NCBI GenBank assembly: GCA_951406725.2
Contig: OX597816.1
Location: 139,624,001 to 139,688,000 of the forward strand
Reading direction: 5' to 3'
DNA length: 64,000 nt
Origin: Octopus vulgaris
Lineage: Eukaryota
The notes under the pieces were generated by a model. The model was not told where the DNA came from, ran no database searches, and saw nothing but the letters and a program-made list of their open reading frames with translations. Made by a program: the position numbers and the translations under genes. Below, piece by piece: positions 49,138 through 63,274 of this stretch (within the stretch, counting starts at the first letter, position 1; each line of letters opens with the position of its first letter).

Positions 49138-49640
49138 TTCTTCTTCTTCTTCTTCTTCTTCTTCTTCTTCTTCTTCCAATCAGGACTCACGCCATTAGCC
49201 ACAAAGAATAATCTCTAATTCGAGCCTACTCTAAGCTACTAAGAATGCATGTGGCAACTTAAAGATCCACCCACCACACGCGATAGACTGGCGTTTGCAC
49301 GGGCGCGAAAGCTACGTTGTTATCCTCATTCCGTAAACGGTGGCTTTTAACGGGTGGAAAGCTGAACCATCTTGGGGTACAGCGGGCTCGCAATCTAGAC
49401 TATGGTCAGAAAGTTTACCACACCATAGTGGGTTACACCATGGTTCCTCTGCTTTGTGGAAGAAGTAGGAAGAAAAAGTGAGAGAAAGAGCACAGCGGGG
49501 TTCAACCCCACCCCACCGGAGCCTCGTGGAGCTTAGGTGTTTTTGCTTAATAAACACTCACAATGCCCGGTCTGGGAATCGAAACCGCGTTCTTACGACC
49601 GCGAGTCCTCTGCCCTAACCACTGGGCCATTGCGCCTTCA
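49138..49640 (-). mobile_element. tRNA-derived SINE family D with (GAA)n tail
   Basis: Minus strand GGCGCAATGGCCCAGTGGTTAGGGCAG..GGTTTCGATTCCC head; ends in (GAA)n. Confidence 0.8.
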
Positions 49641-50199
49641 CTATGTTGTTGCTGCCTATTGCCAGGTCCAACATTTCGACAGTCGTCATACTTTTGTATA
49701 TTTATCACCACATACATATATATCCTTCCATTCTAAGTAATGGTTAGTCTACAAGAAATTAGGCTGTTATTTTTAGCATGTAAAGTGATCAAGTAGAGGC
49801 TTTCATTAACTTGGTCATAGTTTCAATTGAAAGTAACCGATTCAACTATGAATCGAAAACTCGAAATCAAATGTAAGTGTTTGCTTGCAGAATAAAAACT
49901 CTATAATTTCGTCTATAATACTGCCCCAACTTCATAACTTCGAATAGCGATTGTTTAGCTCCAAGTCAGCCTGACTGAGTAGAACGATAATCAAAGGCAA
50001 TCCATGAGTAGAAACAACTCGTTTTTCCTTTTCATTTTCTTTCTTGTGGGTGGAGGTGGCATTGTGTATCCAGGGTCACTTCACTTCGTCAGTCTCAGCT
50101 TTACAACTTCAAATGTCGTTAACCCCAGGTCAGCGTCTAATAGAGCAAAGGCATTACATGCGTGACCATCCCGTGTTTTTAGTTGCTGTTCGTTTTCTT

Positions 50200-50344
50200 T
50201 TAGGCATAGGACTGTGTCGTTAAGAAACCCGCTTTGCAACCGCGTAATCTCGAGCTCAGTCTCACAGCGCCGTTTTTGGGGCAAATATCTTCTATTATGC
50301 CTTGTGAATGGATTTGATGGAAGGAAGCTGTGTGGAAGACCGTC

Positions 50345-50412
<68 letters not shown>

Positions 50413-50616
50413 TTGTCTGTGTGTGTGTCTATGCGTTTGTCCTCCAGTCTCACTGCTTCATAGTCGCTGTTACATCGTTTACACCCCTTTAAATTAGCAT
50501 TTCGGCAAAAGTCCGATAGAATAAGACTTAAAAAGAACTTAAAAAGAATAAGAATAAAAGGACGGTGCCCCAGGATGGCCGAAGTCCAGTGACTGAATCA
50601 AGTAAAAGATAAAAGA
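50200..50616 (+). mobile_element. SINE family B, decayed
   Basis: CCGATAGAATAAG..GGTGCCCCAGGATGGCC..GACTGAATCAAGTAAAAGAT tail and internal (TG)n. Confidence 0.7.
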
Positions 50617-51308
50617 TTGTTCATGTAGGATCACATTTGCTTCGTCTATAAACAACACCGATTCAGTTACGCTGTTTAGCCCCAGGACAACTTGACTGTA
50701 GATCTATGATGAACGACATTCTAAGCGTTGCCATCCCCTGCCTACTTTTTTGGGCGTTGTGCAACCAGGTTCATAATATTTGTTGTATTCTTTTTCCCTT
50801 TTAAGACGGTTATGTTTTATATGTGGAAGATTTGGCGTAGAGAGAAGCTCGTTCGGATCTTTTGTTGGTTTGATTTCAAATGTGATGTGTTTATGTGACT
50901 AAAAGTATGTGGAAGTTACTACCATGTCTACGAAGTTGAGGTTATTTGTAATGAAGGAGTTTGGATATAAAGTTGTCATAGAGATAATGATAGAGTTAGA
51001 ATTGAAAGAGAAGAAACAGAAAAAAATGGCAGAAGCGTGTAAGATGGTGGAAGAGAATGCACAGAGAGTGAGAGGAGTGGAGATGAAGGCGGTAAGACAA
51101 AAAGAGATGAAGGGGTGGGGGATAATCACAATACTGGGTAGAGAATAGGGTGGGAGATGAAATAATGAGGGAGTGCAAAGTCTTGTTTTCAGGAAGTGAA
51201 TGGGAAAGATTTTAGACTATGTGTGTAAAAGAGTTAGTGAAGAAATAGGAAAGAGGTGAGATGGGTGTGAGGAAGATGCTAGATGGTGAGAAAGAGAGAG
51301 AGAGAGAA

Positions 51309-51339
<31 letters not shown>

Positions 51340-51550
51340 GTGTGTGTATATGTGTGTTTGTGCGTTTGTGTGACTGTGTGTGTGATTGAGTATTCTATGT
51401 GTGTGTGAGAAAAATACGGTGAGAACAAAAGAGAGACAACAATGTCAGAAAAAGAGAGTCGAAGATAGAGGGAATTATAGGGTGAGAGGATGAGGAGTAG
51501 CGAAGTAGAAGGGATGCGGAAAAGTGAAAGAGAATGAGTTTGTACTTATT

Positions 51551-51582
<32 letters not shown>

Positions 51583-51779
51583 CACACACGTTAGATATAG
51601 AAGAAATTTATTTAAGACATATCGATTACGATAGTGGATGTGAGAAAGAAAGAGAAAGAGGGCGCAATAAGGAACGAAATAGAAATACATAACACACACA
51701 TACGCGTACATACAAAAGTACATACATATATTTATACACATACATGTATACATACATATATATATACATACATACATGT

Positions 51780-51844
<65 letters not shown>

Positions 51845-51898
51845 ATATCTACACATATGTATATATATATAGATATATATATATGTATGTATGTAAAT

Positions 51899-51932
<34 letters not shown>

Positions 51933-51991
51933 TGAGAAAGAATATGTGCATGAGGATGGAAAACACAAAGAAAGAAAGAAGGAAGGAAGGA

Positions 51992-52058
<67 letters not shown>

Positions 52059-52649
52059 TTTTCTGCAAGTAAATCAGTCGTAAAATGTCGACTTTCTATT
52101 ATCGATACGGACCTAGAAGCTGAACCTCAGTGATTCGTTGCCGATAGATCGAGAGAATGTAACTGGCTTTAAAGAGACTGCTATACCATTAGCTGACATC
52201 TTTACGAGAAATCTGACTTTAGTGACCCATGTCTGCAAGCTTGGAATGAAGTGGCAATTCCAGTCATAAAGTCCTTTTAGCTTTTTAAATAAAAACTTCA
52301 CACCATTTCCTCTCCTCGCCTACCTTTATTGTTTATAACGTTATTTCTCTCCACACTATCATTGGTGCCATAATTGTAATAATTCGCCCATTTCCGTCAT
52401 TCTCCGGATCGCTACGTCTCTGTTTCCTTACAGAATCTTTCGTTACTTGTTAAATGATATACTTCATCAGTCACCTTTCCTATCCCCCTGTACTGGCATA
52501 TCCTGGTTCATCACTCAACGTTCTTCATTATTTTTCTTTTTTTTTATTACATTTTAAATAGATGTATGCATTCTTCTCTTATTCTTCTTTTACTGGTAAC
52601 AGTCATTGAACTCTGGTTATGCTGGTGCTCCGCCTTCAAAGGTTTAGTC

Positions 52650-53000
52650 GGCAAGTTTTGCAGAGTCGTTAGCACACTAGGCAAAAGTGCTTAGCGGCAT
52701 GTCGTCCCTCTTTACGCTTTGAGTTCAAATTCCGCCGAAACCAATTTTGCCTTTCATTCTTTTGAGGTCGATAGAATAAGTACCGTTTGACTTATCTCCT
52801 CCCATGAAATCGCTGTCTTTGTGCAACAATTCAAAATCATTATAATTATTTATATAGATGTATTACGTTCTAAGTTAAAATTCTGCCGAGATCGACTTAC
52901 ATCCCTTTCGGAGTTGATAAATTAAGTACTAGTAATACACTGGAGTCGACTGTTCCCCTTCCCCCAAATTCCAGGCCTTGTGCCCATAGAAGAAAGGATT
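52650..53000 (+). mobile_element. SINE family A decayed dimer
   Basis: GCAGAGTCGTTAGCAC..GAGTTCAAATTCCGCCGA and a second body at ~52863. Confidence 0.75.
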
Positions 53001-53727
53001 ATTTATATTGATGTAGATATATATATATAAATATATATGCAGCTGTGTTCTTAACATAATTGCTTTATTCCTTTGTCATCCTTATTTATTATCTCTCTCT
53101 GTCTCTCTGTCTCTCTGTCTCTCTCTCTCTCTCTCTCTCGCTATATATATAGAGAGAAAGAGAAAGAGAGAGAGAGAGCTATTCCTGTTCACACACTCAT
53201 TTATATTGCACAATTTCCGCAACCAATACTCCTAAGATATTGGTCAGATCGTGGCAATGGAAGATGACACTTGCTCAAAGTGAAGCGGAGAAGCATTAAA
53301 TGTCTAGGTGGCGAACTTGTCAATCACACATCAACCCAATCACCAGGATTAAAATTATCGATTCGCTGAGATAAAGCCTGTGGTGCAACTACTTTGTACG
53401 TTGTGATAAAATCCGAGGCGTTTATTATTATTTTTTTTATAAGACAAGGCTAAAATTGTATGTTTATTAAGAAGTTCATCATACGTTTCAAAATATCCAC
53501 GTCCCCAAATAACACTGTACCCAGCACTATCTTATCTTTTATTTTTTACTTGTTTCATTAGACTGCGGCCATACTGGGGCACCGCCTGAAGAAGTTTCAG
53601 TCGAATGAATCGACCCCAGTAATTATCTTGTTGCTAACCCAGGTACTTATTCTATCGGCTCGTTTGCTGAACCGCTAAGCAAACACTCAAACACCGGTTG
53701 TCAAGGGGCGATGGGAGCTAGGAGGCC

Positions 53728-54591
53728 TTATACATGGTGGAACAAGATCATGGAGATTGACATATATCCACGCTTGGATTGTCCTAGCCTTATGAGACGG
53801 CCCAGAGTCTTGTTGGAAGACATACGGTCTCCCGTTGCATACTCTTTATATTCAAGGCCTCACAACTTTTTCCCAGGCAGTGCACATGAAAAAAAGTGAA
53901 GAGACATAACATCTCCCTCGTCGTTGACGATTCCCAGAAGCATGACAATTGTTGGGAACTTAGTGTGCATGACCGTTGGAATCCATTCAGTTCTCTTTTG
54001 CTCCTGGTCGAAGTTTTTCTCATCGGAGAAAAGCCAAAGCATTTTAGCTTCTTGCTTTTTTAAGTTCTTTTGCAAGCGCTTTGTACGGATCGAATGATTT
54101 TCTCTTGTCCCATCTAACATGAACTGAAAGGCTCAGCATTACATACGACTTGTACAGGATGTTTTCATGCGCAACTCTTTTGATGATGCATTCTGAAACA
54201 ACGTCCTATGCAATAACCCTGACTAATTTTCTGGGTGGTTTTATCGATGATTTCTTCGACGACTTTTTATACTAAATTATGTTCTAATGGTATTAGGACA
54301 CTGTACAAGCGTTTTGCATTTAGCTGTTGATGTTGGGTCCCTGTTCACATCTTCCAGCTCCTTTCGAACTTTGACAAAGAAGGATCGGGCAATTTTCAGA
54401 AAGCGAGCTATCTCTGTATCACTATGCTGAGCTTTTAAAGCAACGGCTACAGTGTGCCGTTTCATTTGCTGAGTTAACCTGATGTTTGAAATTATTCATC
54501 TGAAAAGTAAAGTAAAAAAAAAAATAATAATAAGTTAGAAGAAAGAGCTCTTGAAAGGAAATAGGTATCCTCAAAAATCTGACGTGCCCTG
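53728..54591 (-). mobile_element. Decayed Tc1/mariner-superfamily (maT/DD37D-like) transposon
   Basis: HTH-like MKRHTVAVALKAQHSDTEIARFLKIARSFFVKVRKELE; catalytic WLFSDEKNF..HTKFPTIVMLLGIVNDEGDVM. Terminus TA-CAGGG at 54593-54587; other end lost. Confidence 0.8.
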
Positions 54592-54813
54592 TAATAGCTC
54601 ATTCTACGGAGAGGAATGGAATCACGACTGTCTAGATTGTCTGTTTGTTAGAAACCAGCTCCATTTTTCTACACAGAATACTAATAAATAGAAAGAAAGG
54701 GACCGCCTAGCGTTATTTTTACAGACATAATCTATGAGTGGAACAGTAAAAATATCAGAGTTTCTTAATGTTTCTTAATGTGTAACAATTATCATTGTTG
54801 TTATCCAAGAAGT

Positions 54814-55140
54814 GAAAGGGCGTGGCATAGTGGTTAGAGTGTACAGCTGTCGGTCGTAAGGTCATGAGTTCGATTCCTAGCGATGAGTTGTATCCTTAAG
54901 CAAGACACTTCATTTCACGTTGCTCCAATTCCACTCACCTGTTTAAAAAAATGAGTTGTACCTGTATTGTAAAGTGTCAGCCTTGTCACATTCTGTGTCA
55001 CGCGGAATCTCCCGGAGAACTACGTTAAGGGTATGCGTGTCTGTGGAGTGTTCAGCAACTTGCACGTTAATTTTACGAGCAAGCTGTTCCGTTGATTGGA
55101 TCAACTGAAACCCTAGTCATTGTAACTGATAGTGCCAGTC
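54814..55140 (+). mobile_element. SINE family C
   Basis: Homologous to 48302-48630 over its full length. Confidence 0.85.
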
Positions 55141-55220
55141 AGTTATCCAAACCTGTTAGAAACCAGCTCCCTCTTTCTAGAAAGAATACTAATAAGTAAA
55201 AAGCAGAAAGATATACATAC

Positions 55221-55278
<58 letters not shown>

Positions 55279-55326
55279 ATACACCTACATATACATATAC
55301 ACAGAACGAGGAAGAGTAACAGAGAG

Positions 55327-55363
<37 letters not shown>

Positions 55364-56023
55364 TAAAGAAAGAGGGGAGTAGAAATCCCTGTGCAGGACA
55401 CTTGAATGATATCCAATCTTGTGATATAGAAAAACAAATAGCAACATCACAGCTTGGCTGACTGGAAACTAGAATTTATGTGTCAACAATGCAGCTTAGC
55501 CAGGATTATTCTCTCTCCAAAACATACTCAGATCTCTATTGTAATAATTCAACGACATCCACAACTCGGTCTATACTGATACGGCGATCTTTTTAAGATT
55601 TTAAAACTTTCTCCTCTCTCCATCCCCCTCTCCTTCTTTCTACACCTGCCTCTCTCTCTTTACCTCTCTATTTCTCAATCTGTCTATCTACCCTTTATCT
55701 CTGGTTTTCTTTCCTCTAATCTATAATCGCCATGTTTTGAGCCATTAGTTTTCTGACCTGGGATTATAGGTGTTTGATTAATAAATATTGAACCACAAGA
55801 AAATTGCTAACATATATATTGTGAAATATAATTTAATGAAATGAATACAGTACATAACTAGGTCTAGAAATGTGACATTCACTCCTCGACAAATAGAAAA
55901 TTGAAACTTGACAAAAAAAAACACACACAATGAGTATTACTGTAATAAAAGCTAATGGGTTAGCTTAATTGGTTATGTTGCAAAGTGTATATATACCAGT
56001 CAATACATACATATAGACATACG

Positions 56024-56290
56024 TACGAGGTCAGTCCAAGACAAATTTTAAAAAATGTTTTCCACCTTCACATTCATGTATTATTATTATTTTTTTTTTT
56101 TGTTAGTAATAACTTAATTAGACTTGTCTCTCTCAGAATACTTCCTTCCACTGTTGATATATCTCTTTCAGTTTTCAAATTCGTTTTCAGAACGGAGTGA
56201 GATGTTTGGTCGTCACTGTCTGGACACCGACGATTAGATATTCAGCCAATTTTGGAGATAGTATTTTTTTGACGCTGGAAGCAAACAAAA
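56024..56290. mobile_element. Possible mariner-like remnant
   Basis: Starts TA-CGAGG, a common mariner terminus; remainder decayed. Confidence 0.3.
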
Positions 56291-56347
56291 CACGTGGGTG
56301 CGTAGAAATATGCAGAGACAAATAGAAAGTCTGAGACAGACAGAGAG

Positions 56348-56432
<85 letters not shown>

Positions 56433-57047
56433 GAGACAGATAGACAGACAGATATACAAGCAGACAGAGAAAAGGAAAGAGAAAGAGAGAGAGAGAAAAA
56501 ACAATTTATTAGTGACATAAATACTTTCCCGCTCAGAAACATAAAGAGAAATATAATCGCACAGATATGAAGAGAAAGAGGCAAGGGAGAGAATGTGAGA
56601 ACCATTAAAACATCTGGTACTAAATAAGTCAGCGGTCGAATCAGTGACGCCAAAACGGCTGTGCAAAAAACGTCTCGTATCCTTTTCAAAAGTATTGCAC
56701 ACTGCTCGTTGTTAATTTTCTTTTATCCTTTCTGTCATCTGAAGTCAGCGACCTTTCATAGTCGGTTTCTACTTTGAGAACAAAAGAAGTTCACCGAAGT
56801 CAAATTCAGAGAGGAGAATGAATGGAGGATATGAGTCGTCTTACGCATAGGGAGTGACGCAAGAGCAGGTGGGTTGTCATGTTTGGAGCATTTAAGTTTT
56901 ATTTGTCCATACCGCAGGCATCTTCCTTCACACTGCCTCTCATCCATTTATGACTATATTTCTGTAGAAATACATTATCTTTGCTTCAAATGATTCTTAA
57001 AATGATAAAGCATTTAGTAAATTAACGTTGTCATTATTAAGCTGGTC

Positions 57048-57175
57048 CAAGGCGACATGCTGGCAGAATCGTGACGTCGCCGGACAAAATGCTTAGCAGC
57101 ATTCTTTACGTTTTGAGTTCGGATTTCGCCAAGGTTGGTTTTGCTTTCACCTTTTTGGGGTCGATAAAATAATTG
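57048..57175 (+). mobile_element. SINE family A fragment
   Basis: CAAGGCGACATGCTGGCAGAATCG..GCCGGACAAAATGCTTAGC..GGGGTCGATAAAATAA. Confidence 0.75.
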
Positions 57176-57546
57176 TTTATTGAAAGGTTTATTAAGCACG
57201 TACCTCGAACATAACATGAATTTTGGTGGAAGCACGTAGGTCAAACTCGTTATAGGGTCATGTCTTCTTTTTTTTTTTGTCCCGCGTTACTAAAATTTTC
57301 AGTAAATTTTCATCACTATTCGAACGACCGAACATTTGATTGACCGTGGTTTGATTCTCTTTATGTTCACAAAATTTGAGGCAAGTCAGCTATTGCGTAG
57401 ATCATCTATATTTTGGATCGTCTTCTGTTGATGTTCTTTTCAGTTTGAAACGATCGAATCACTAGTGACATTCATTATGTATAACTGCAAGCAATCCTCC
57501 TTCACACACACATACACACACGCACACACACACACACATACACACG

Positions 57547-57586
<40 letters not shown>

Positions 57587-58545
57587 TTCACGCATGCACG
57601 TACGCACATGGTTGTTGAAATGGAGTACCCAGTACAAACGTATTGAGCATTAGTTTATTTAAGCTGATCCAGCCAGTCATGAAACGAGCAAGCAGTTACG
57701 TTGATCGGATCAACTGGAACATTCGTCGTTGTAACCGACGGAGTACCACTCATTGCAAGACAATAGATAATGCAAAGTGTGTTAAAAGTATTTCAGTCAA
57801 CCCTGATATCTGACTGGTATTTATTTTCTCGAACCGACAGTGAACCGACTAAGAAGTCTGCAGTACTATGGTGTGTGGCTAGTTTAATACTGTGTAATAA
57901 TTATATTTCATACTCCTTACGTCCCTTAACTGATTTATGAATGAGACGTCTTCGAGGGAAAGATAGTCCACTAAGCATGAATTACAATTGAAGAATATGA
58001 GTTTCGCTTCGCTGACTCACCTAATTAATAAGTCATTAATATAATAATTAACAGTAGGCAATCAATAATCACGCAACTTACTAATAGCTTTCCAACCTTA
58101 TAGATTATATTTATTTGCTTCTGGGCTGTGAATTGGTATTGCCGCTGAAGGCATTTGTTCCGGAACTCTACGTTAAGTGTTCAGATCCCGCCGATGTCAG
58201 CTCAACCTACTCTCAATTTGAGATCAATAAAATAATGTTCTCGCCTGTGTATAAACTATATAAATTATCTGTATATGCAGTCAAAATACGAGTCAATGAA
58301 AATGGATATCTCTAAGTGGTCGTTCGACCTGACAGACTTGGTAGCCAAATTTCCTTCGAATGATCGATCACCACCTAAAAAAATATAAGCAAAGAAAACA
58401 TTGGATAATGTAGTCCTACATATCCTAAATTTTGAAAAAACACTACAAAAAAAAAAAAACAATTAGAGACCGATCATAATAAGAATACCTTTCATCATGG
58501 GTTTGCTCAATAAAACACTGAGCTCAGTTTAAACAAAGTCATCAC

Positions 58546-58987
58546 ACAGGCGTGGCTGTGTGTTAAGAAGTTTGCTTCCCAACAACATGGTTCCGGGTTG
58601 AGTCCCCCAGCGTGGAACCTTGGGCAAGTGTCTTCTACTATAGCTTCGAGATAATCAAAGTCTTGTGAGTAGATTTGGTCGATAAAAACTGAAAGAAGCC
58701 CACTCTATGTGTGTGTGTGTGGCTTTGTGTTTGTGTTTGTTCACCCACCACCACCATTATCATCATCACAACCACCTCTACCACCATCACTTAACAACAG
58801 ATGTTAGTGAGCTTACGTCCTCGTAACTTAGCGGTTCGGCAAAAGAGGCTGCTAAGCTAAGTAAGTACCAGGCTTTAAAAATAAGTAAGTACTACGGTTG
58901 ATTCGTTCGACTAAAATTCTTTGAGGTGGTACTCCAGCATGGCCGTAGTCTAATGACTGAAACAAGTAAAAGATAAAAAATAAAGAT
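58546..58987 (+). mobile_element. SINE family B, full length
   Basis: CAGGCGTGGCTGTGTGTTAAGAAGTTTGCTTCCCAAC..CCTTGGGCAAGTGTCTTCTACTATAGC..GACTGAAACAAGTAAAAGAT. Confidence 0.9.
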
Positions 58988-59679
58988 TACTACATGTAAA
59001 CTTGACCGAAGTGCTGACAAAATTGTTGTTGTCGCTGTTGCTGTTATTGTTGTTGCTATTGTTTAGCCCCAGGTCAGGTGTGAAGAAATAATATACTTCC
59101 AGCTGTAACCATCTCACCGATGGCTACATTATCCAATGTGCCATTTTTTTTCCCCACGGGACAGTAGGGTTATGCAAAGATGTACTTGCATAGCAAATGA
59201 CCTGATCTGAGATCGTGTGCTGGAACGAAAACAATTGCAGCACGGAATTTTGTCCAGGTCGCGGTCTCAAAGCGACGAAAATATTTTGACAAATTAAATT
59301 TAAATGTTGAAGTGAATCTAACGGTTTTTGTGTGTTTCTTAAATGGCTAATAAACACCTTCCAGTAGGGATATGATTTGATGGAAATTCGTCATCAGCAA
59401 ATAACTCAGCCATTTCATTCCACTTCTTTTCAAAACATCCATCACTGGCTAACGACTACGTGGAAGCTTCGCGCTCTGCTCCGTTAACAGTAAGTAGTAA
59501 GACGGAAGTACCAGCCATCAGAGCTGAAGTGTTATGTAATAGTACGTATACATACCAAAGTTACTTACCACTAAACCAACAGTGCCTCACTATGTTGTCT
59601 TCCTCAAACATACTAAGCGCGGCTACTTATATACCCTGGGTGGAGCGGGGAAGAGAAAGGGGAGGATCAATGTGATAGC

Positions 59680-59681
59680 TA

Positions 59682-59724
<43 letters not shown>

Positions 59725-59981
59725 GATGATGATGATGATGAGAAGGAGGAGGAGGAGGAGGAGGCGGTGGTGGTGGTGGTGGTTTTGCAATTTTAAAGGA
59801 TGTCGGATGCTGAACGTAAACTGTGTGTCCTTGGCCTATATAGACCCTGAAAGAGGTTCAATTCCCAACCATTCTGTAGGAAGGAGATGAGTGGGAATTT
59901 CAAAAACCCGATGATGAAGGCGGTGATAGCGTTGATGTATATACATACATAAATGTGTTTGTGTGTGTGATAATGACGACA

Positions 59982-60017
<36 letters not shown>

Positions 60018-60285
60018 ATGATGATTTGGGTGTCAAAGCTAGTGCTGACAGCGGATATAGTTGAAATGATGGTAGCTGTTGGCAGGGAAGGCGAAGGCAG
60101 CAGCAGCGGTGATTGCGGTAATGGCGGTGGTAGGGATGATGATGATGATGATAGTAGTGATGACGACGATGCCAGTGGCTAATGTTGCTGAAGTAAGTGT
60201 CAAAGGAGAAGACTGATGTTGCTTTTGATGCTACGGCTGCTGCAGCTGCCACGGCCGCCGCTATCTCCGTCACCGCCGCTCCACC

Positions 60286-60316
<31 letters not shown>

Positions 60317-60920
60317 AAGACGATGACGATGACGATGATTATGACGGTTATGATGACGGTTATGATGGTGATAATGATGATGATAATGACGACGACAACG
60401 ATGATGATGATGATGATGATGACGATGACGATGACGATGATGATGATGGTTATGATGGTGATGATGATGATAATGACGACGACAACGATGATGATGACAG
60501 AACACTGCTAAAATCTATCATTCCCACCAGTATTTTTATAATGAACTCTATGACAACCAATACCTATAGCAACGCCATCACCACTTCAACATCATGGCCA
60601 CCAACACTACTATCATTACCACCACTGCTTCTACCACCGCTGTCACTACCACCAGTACTGCTGTCATCACCTTCACCACTATCATCGCCTCAGCAGGAAC
60701 AACCATCCCCACTATTTCTACATCCCAACACCATCACCACCACTCCCAATAGCTCTACATCCCACCATAACCATCACCACCACCACCACCACCACCACTT
60801 TCGCCGCCATATCGCCACTACAAGAATTAGCAACAGCACTGCCACCAACAAAATTAGCACCGTTATCTTCACCACCATCGCCACCGTCATCGTATTGGCA
60901 CCAATGACAACAGTATAACA
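59680..60920. repeat. Compound trinucleotide low-complexity tract (ATT, GAT, GAG, GGT, GAC, GCT, CAC)
   Basis: Successive imperfect triplet arrays. Confidence 0.9.
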
Positions 60921-61189
60921 GCAACAAGAGTGAAGCAATAGAAGAAGAAAAAAACTCGAGTAAAAAAACTGTTTAAAAAAAAAGACGCGAATGAAGGAAA
61001 GGAAAATATGTCAAAAAACAAAGGCTGGGAGAAAAAGGAAAGATTAGAGAGTGAAAGCAGAGAGAGAGAGAAAAAAAAAAAGAGAGAAAGATGAGAAGAG
61101 AGAAGGTGATGGGGAGAGCGAAAGGCAGCGTGGCAGAGAGGAAGAAAGGCAAACAGATGTAGAGAGAAAGAGTATCAGTGTGATCATTT

Positions 61190-61480
61190 AAGCCAGCTGT
61201 CAAGTTGAATGCCTTGTTTGTTTACAGAAATCACCTCTTCTAGTTGTCAACTTAGCTTGTAGCCGTTTCCGCAGACAAATTCGACGGAAATTAACCAATT
61301 CCGTGCCAATGATTGCTATATAATTGACTCCAGCTGGCTCCGTAAAGTCTCCGTAACTATTCGTTAGTTTTTGGTGTTTTATTCGTACATCTCCGATCAA
61401 CCTCGGATAAATTCGGGTGGTTTCCTGCTGACGTGGTGGCGTTGGCGCCGAAATGACGTCGATTATGAAAAGGTATTTGT
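61190..61480 (+). promoter_or_regulatory. Candidate Pol II promoter and short first exon
   Basis: CCAAT at 61295 and 61306, TATATAA at 61317-61323, AAGT ~29 nt downstream, CpG-rich unique sequence, ATG at 61453 (MTSIMK) and donor-like AG|GTATTT at 61472/61473. Confidence 0.4.
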
Positions 61481-62570
61481 GTTAGTCTAAACACTACGTG
61501 TGTATATATGCGTGCATGTTCATCTCCGATATTTTGTTTAATTGTTCGAAATCATTCTACAAAGTAGGGGGCTTCTTTCACACGAAGAAATAAAACTCCA
61601 CTATTGTAATCTAGACAATGCCACTTTAGAAATGTTGTGCATACTTTTCGCTGTTCTACTAACGGTTTGAATCTGCAGAATACGTATGTATATGGATACA
61701 TATGTATTCTTACATATAAATATATGAATATTTGCTTTTCCTGAGGGAAATTTCAGTGTTATTTTAACCAATCCACGAACGATGACGGGTTTGTCAAAAA
61801 TAAGAAAACAAAAATTGACTTGTTGTTACTGGCATCTATTACATAACCATTCATCTCTTAAATGATACGCTAGTCTAACAGATTTAATTGCTCATTAAAT
61901 TTTATTGCACTCTTGCTTACATATAAAATGTATCAGTAATGGCGATATGCTCTGCCTGATCTAGTTTCGGTCATATTTTGGTAAAGGAAATTCGGTGCAT
62001 ATTTTGTTGTTTTATATCCATTATCATTGGATATAATGCTGAAACAATACTTTGAGTATTGGACTTGCAAATTCCAATATGATCGTAGCATTCATTACTC
62101 TGTAGATTTTTTCATTTCTTGTCTATATGAATGCATGTATGTCCAAATGTATGTTCATGTGCGTTAATGCGTGCACGTGTATGCATGTATTTGTGTATGT
62201 GTGTAGACATAGATTGCAGACGTAGATATGACCAATGGTTTAGAAGTTCGCTTTTCAATCACGAGGCCCCTGGGTTCCATCTCAGAGTGTGGAGTCTTGG
62301 GAAGCATCAAGGCGATCCAAATTCTGCAAGAGAAATTGGGGGTAGACAGAAGCTATGTGAAAATCCATCGAATAAATTGTGTAAGCCAAAGGTCCATATT
62401 TTGTCCCAGTGATTCCACCAGAATATTACGTTAAGGGTATACGTGATTGTAGAATATTCAGTCACTTCTTAACTGAACTAATTAGTCGTAAATCTAATTA
62501 ATAAGAAGGTGGTTCATTTGATAGAGGAGGAGGATCAATCTGATTGTTATCAGTATGATGATGATGAATG

Positions 62571-62601
<31 letters not shown>

Positions 62602-62767
62602 GACGAAGATGACGAGACGTGGGGAGGAAGAGAGGAAGGAGATGGATGATTTTAAAAGGAATCGGATGCCGAAAGTAAAAGTATGAGTCCTTGACCTGTA
62701 TAGAAAAGTTCAGTTCTCGAAACTGAACCAACGAAGATATGTATTTATCTATATTTAATATTTGTGG

Positions 62768-63140
62768 CAAGTCATTCGGAGCGCCATTGGTTAATATATA
62801 TTCTGGTACAACCATGGTCGGGTCCGTCGCTCACTAAGCTGGTACCCCCACAGTGCAAACCTGATGAGACGGGTTGTCAGAAACCCAGCAAGACATAAAC
62901 AGTACGTGTCAAAAAGATGGATGAAACAATAATGGGGTCAGTGACTACCCAACAATAATATGGGTATTTTGATATTCCGGGCTAGAGTCCGGTTCACTGT
63001 ATGTGAAATGGGAAGCGGGAGTGCCTTTTGGATTTCGTTAAAGCATATCTCTCGGAGAAGGTTATTTTGATACATATAACGTAGTAGTGTTGTTGCGAGA
63101 GCTTGTCAATGCTTCGGCTTGTCTAGCTAGGAGTTGGTTG
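62768..63140 (+). mobile_element. RTE-type 5' UTR fragment
   Basis: Colinear with minus 11735-11400: GTACAACC..ATGGTCGG, GCAAACCTGATGAG..GGGT..ACCC, CTCGGAGAAGG. Confidence 0.55.
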
Positions 63141-63274
63141 ACTTCCATAATGAGAGTTGTTACAGTGTTGTACATTGTGTTTTCGACTGAAATTTTGTAT
63201 CAGAATTGACGACAGATTTTGACTAATCGTTCAAAAAGTAGCTAGCCATCAGATATATATCAATGCAATGCATA

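Noticed and set aside
50899-51178. E/K/M-rich ORF 50909-51148
   Set aside because: Purine-rich low-complexity sequence without recognisable motif.
59955-60927. Poly-M/H/D/A/T ORFs suggesting a low-complexity protein exon
   Set aside because: Triplet-repeat tract open in several frames on both strands, with no splice or domain evidence.
62835-62890. CTGATGA-GAC..GTC-A-GAAAC as a type III hammerhead
   Set aside because: Needs two insertions, has no stem I, and the homologous RTE UTR copy reads CTTGGTGA, so the box is not conserved.
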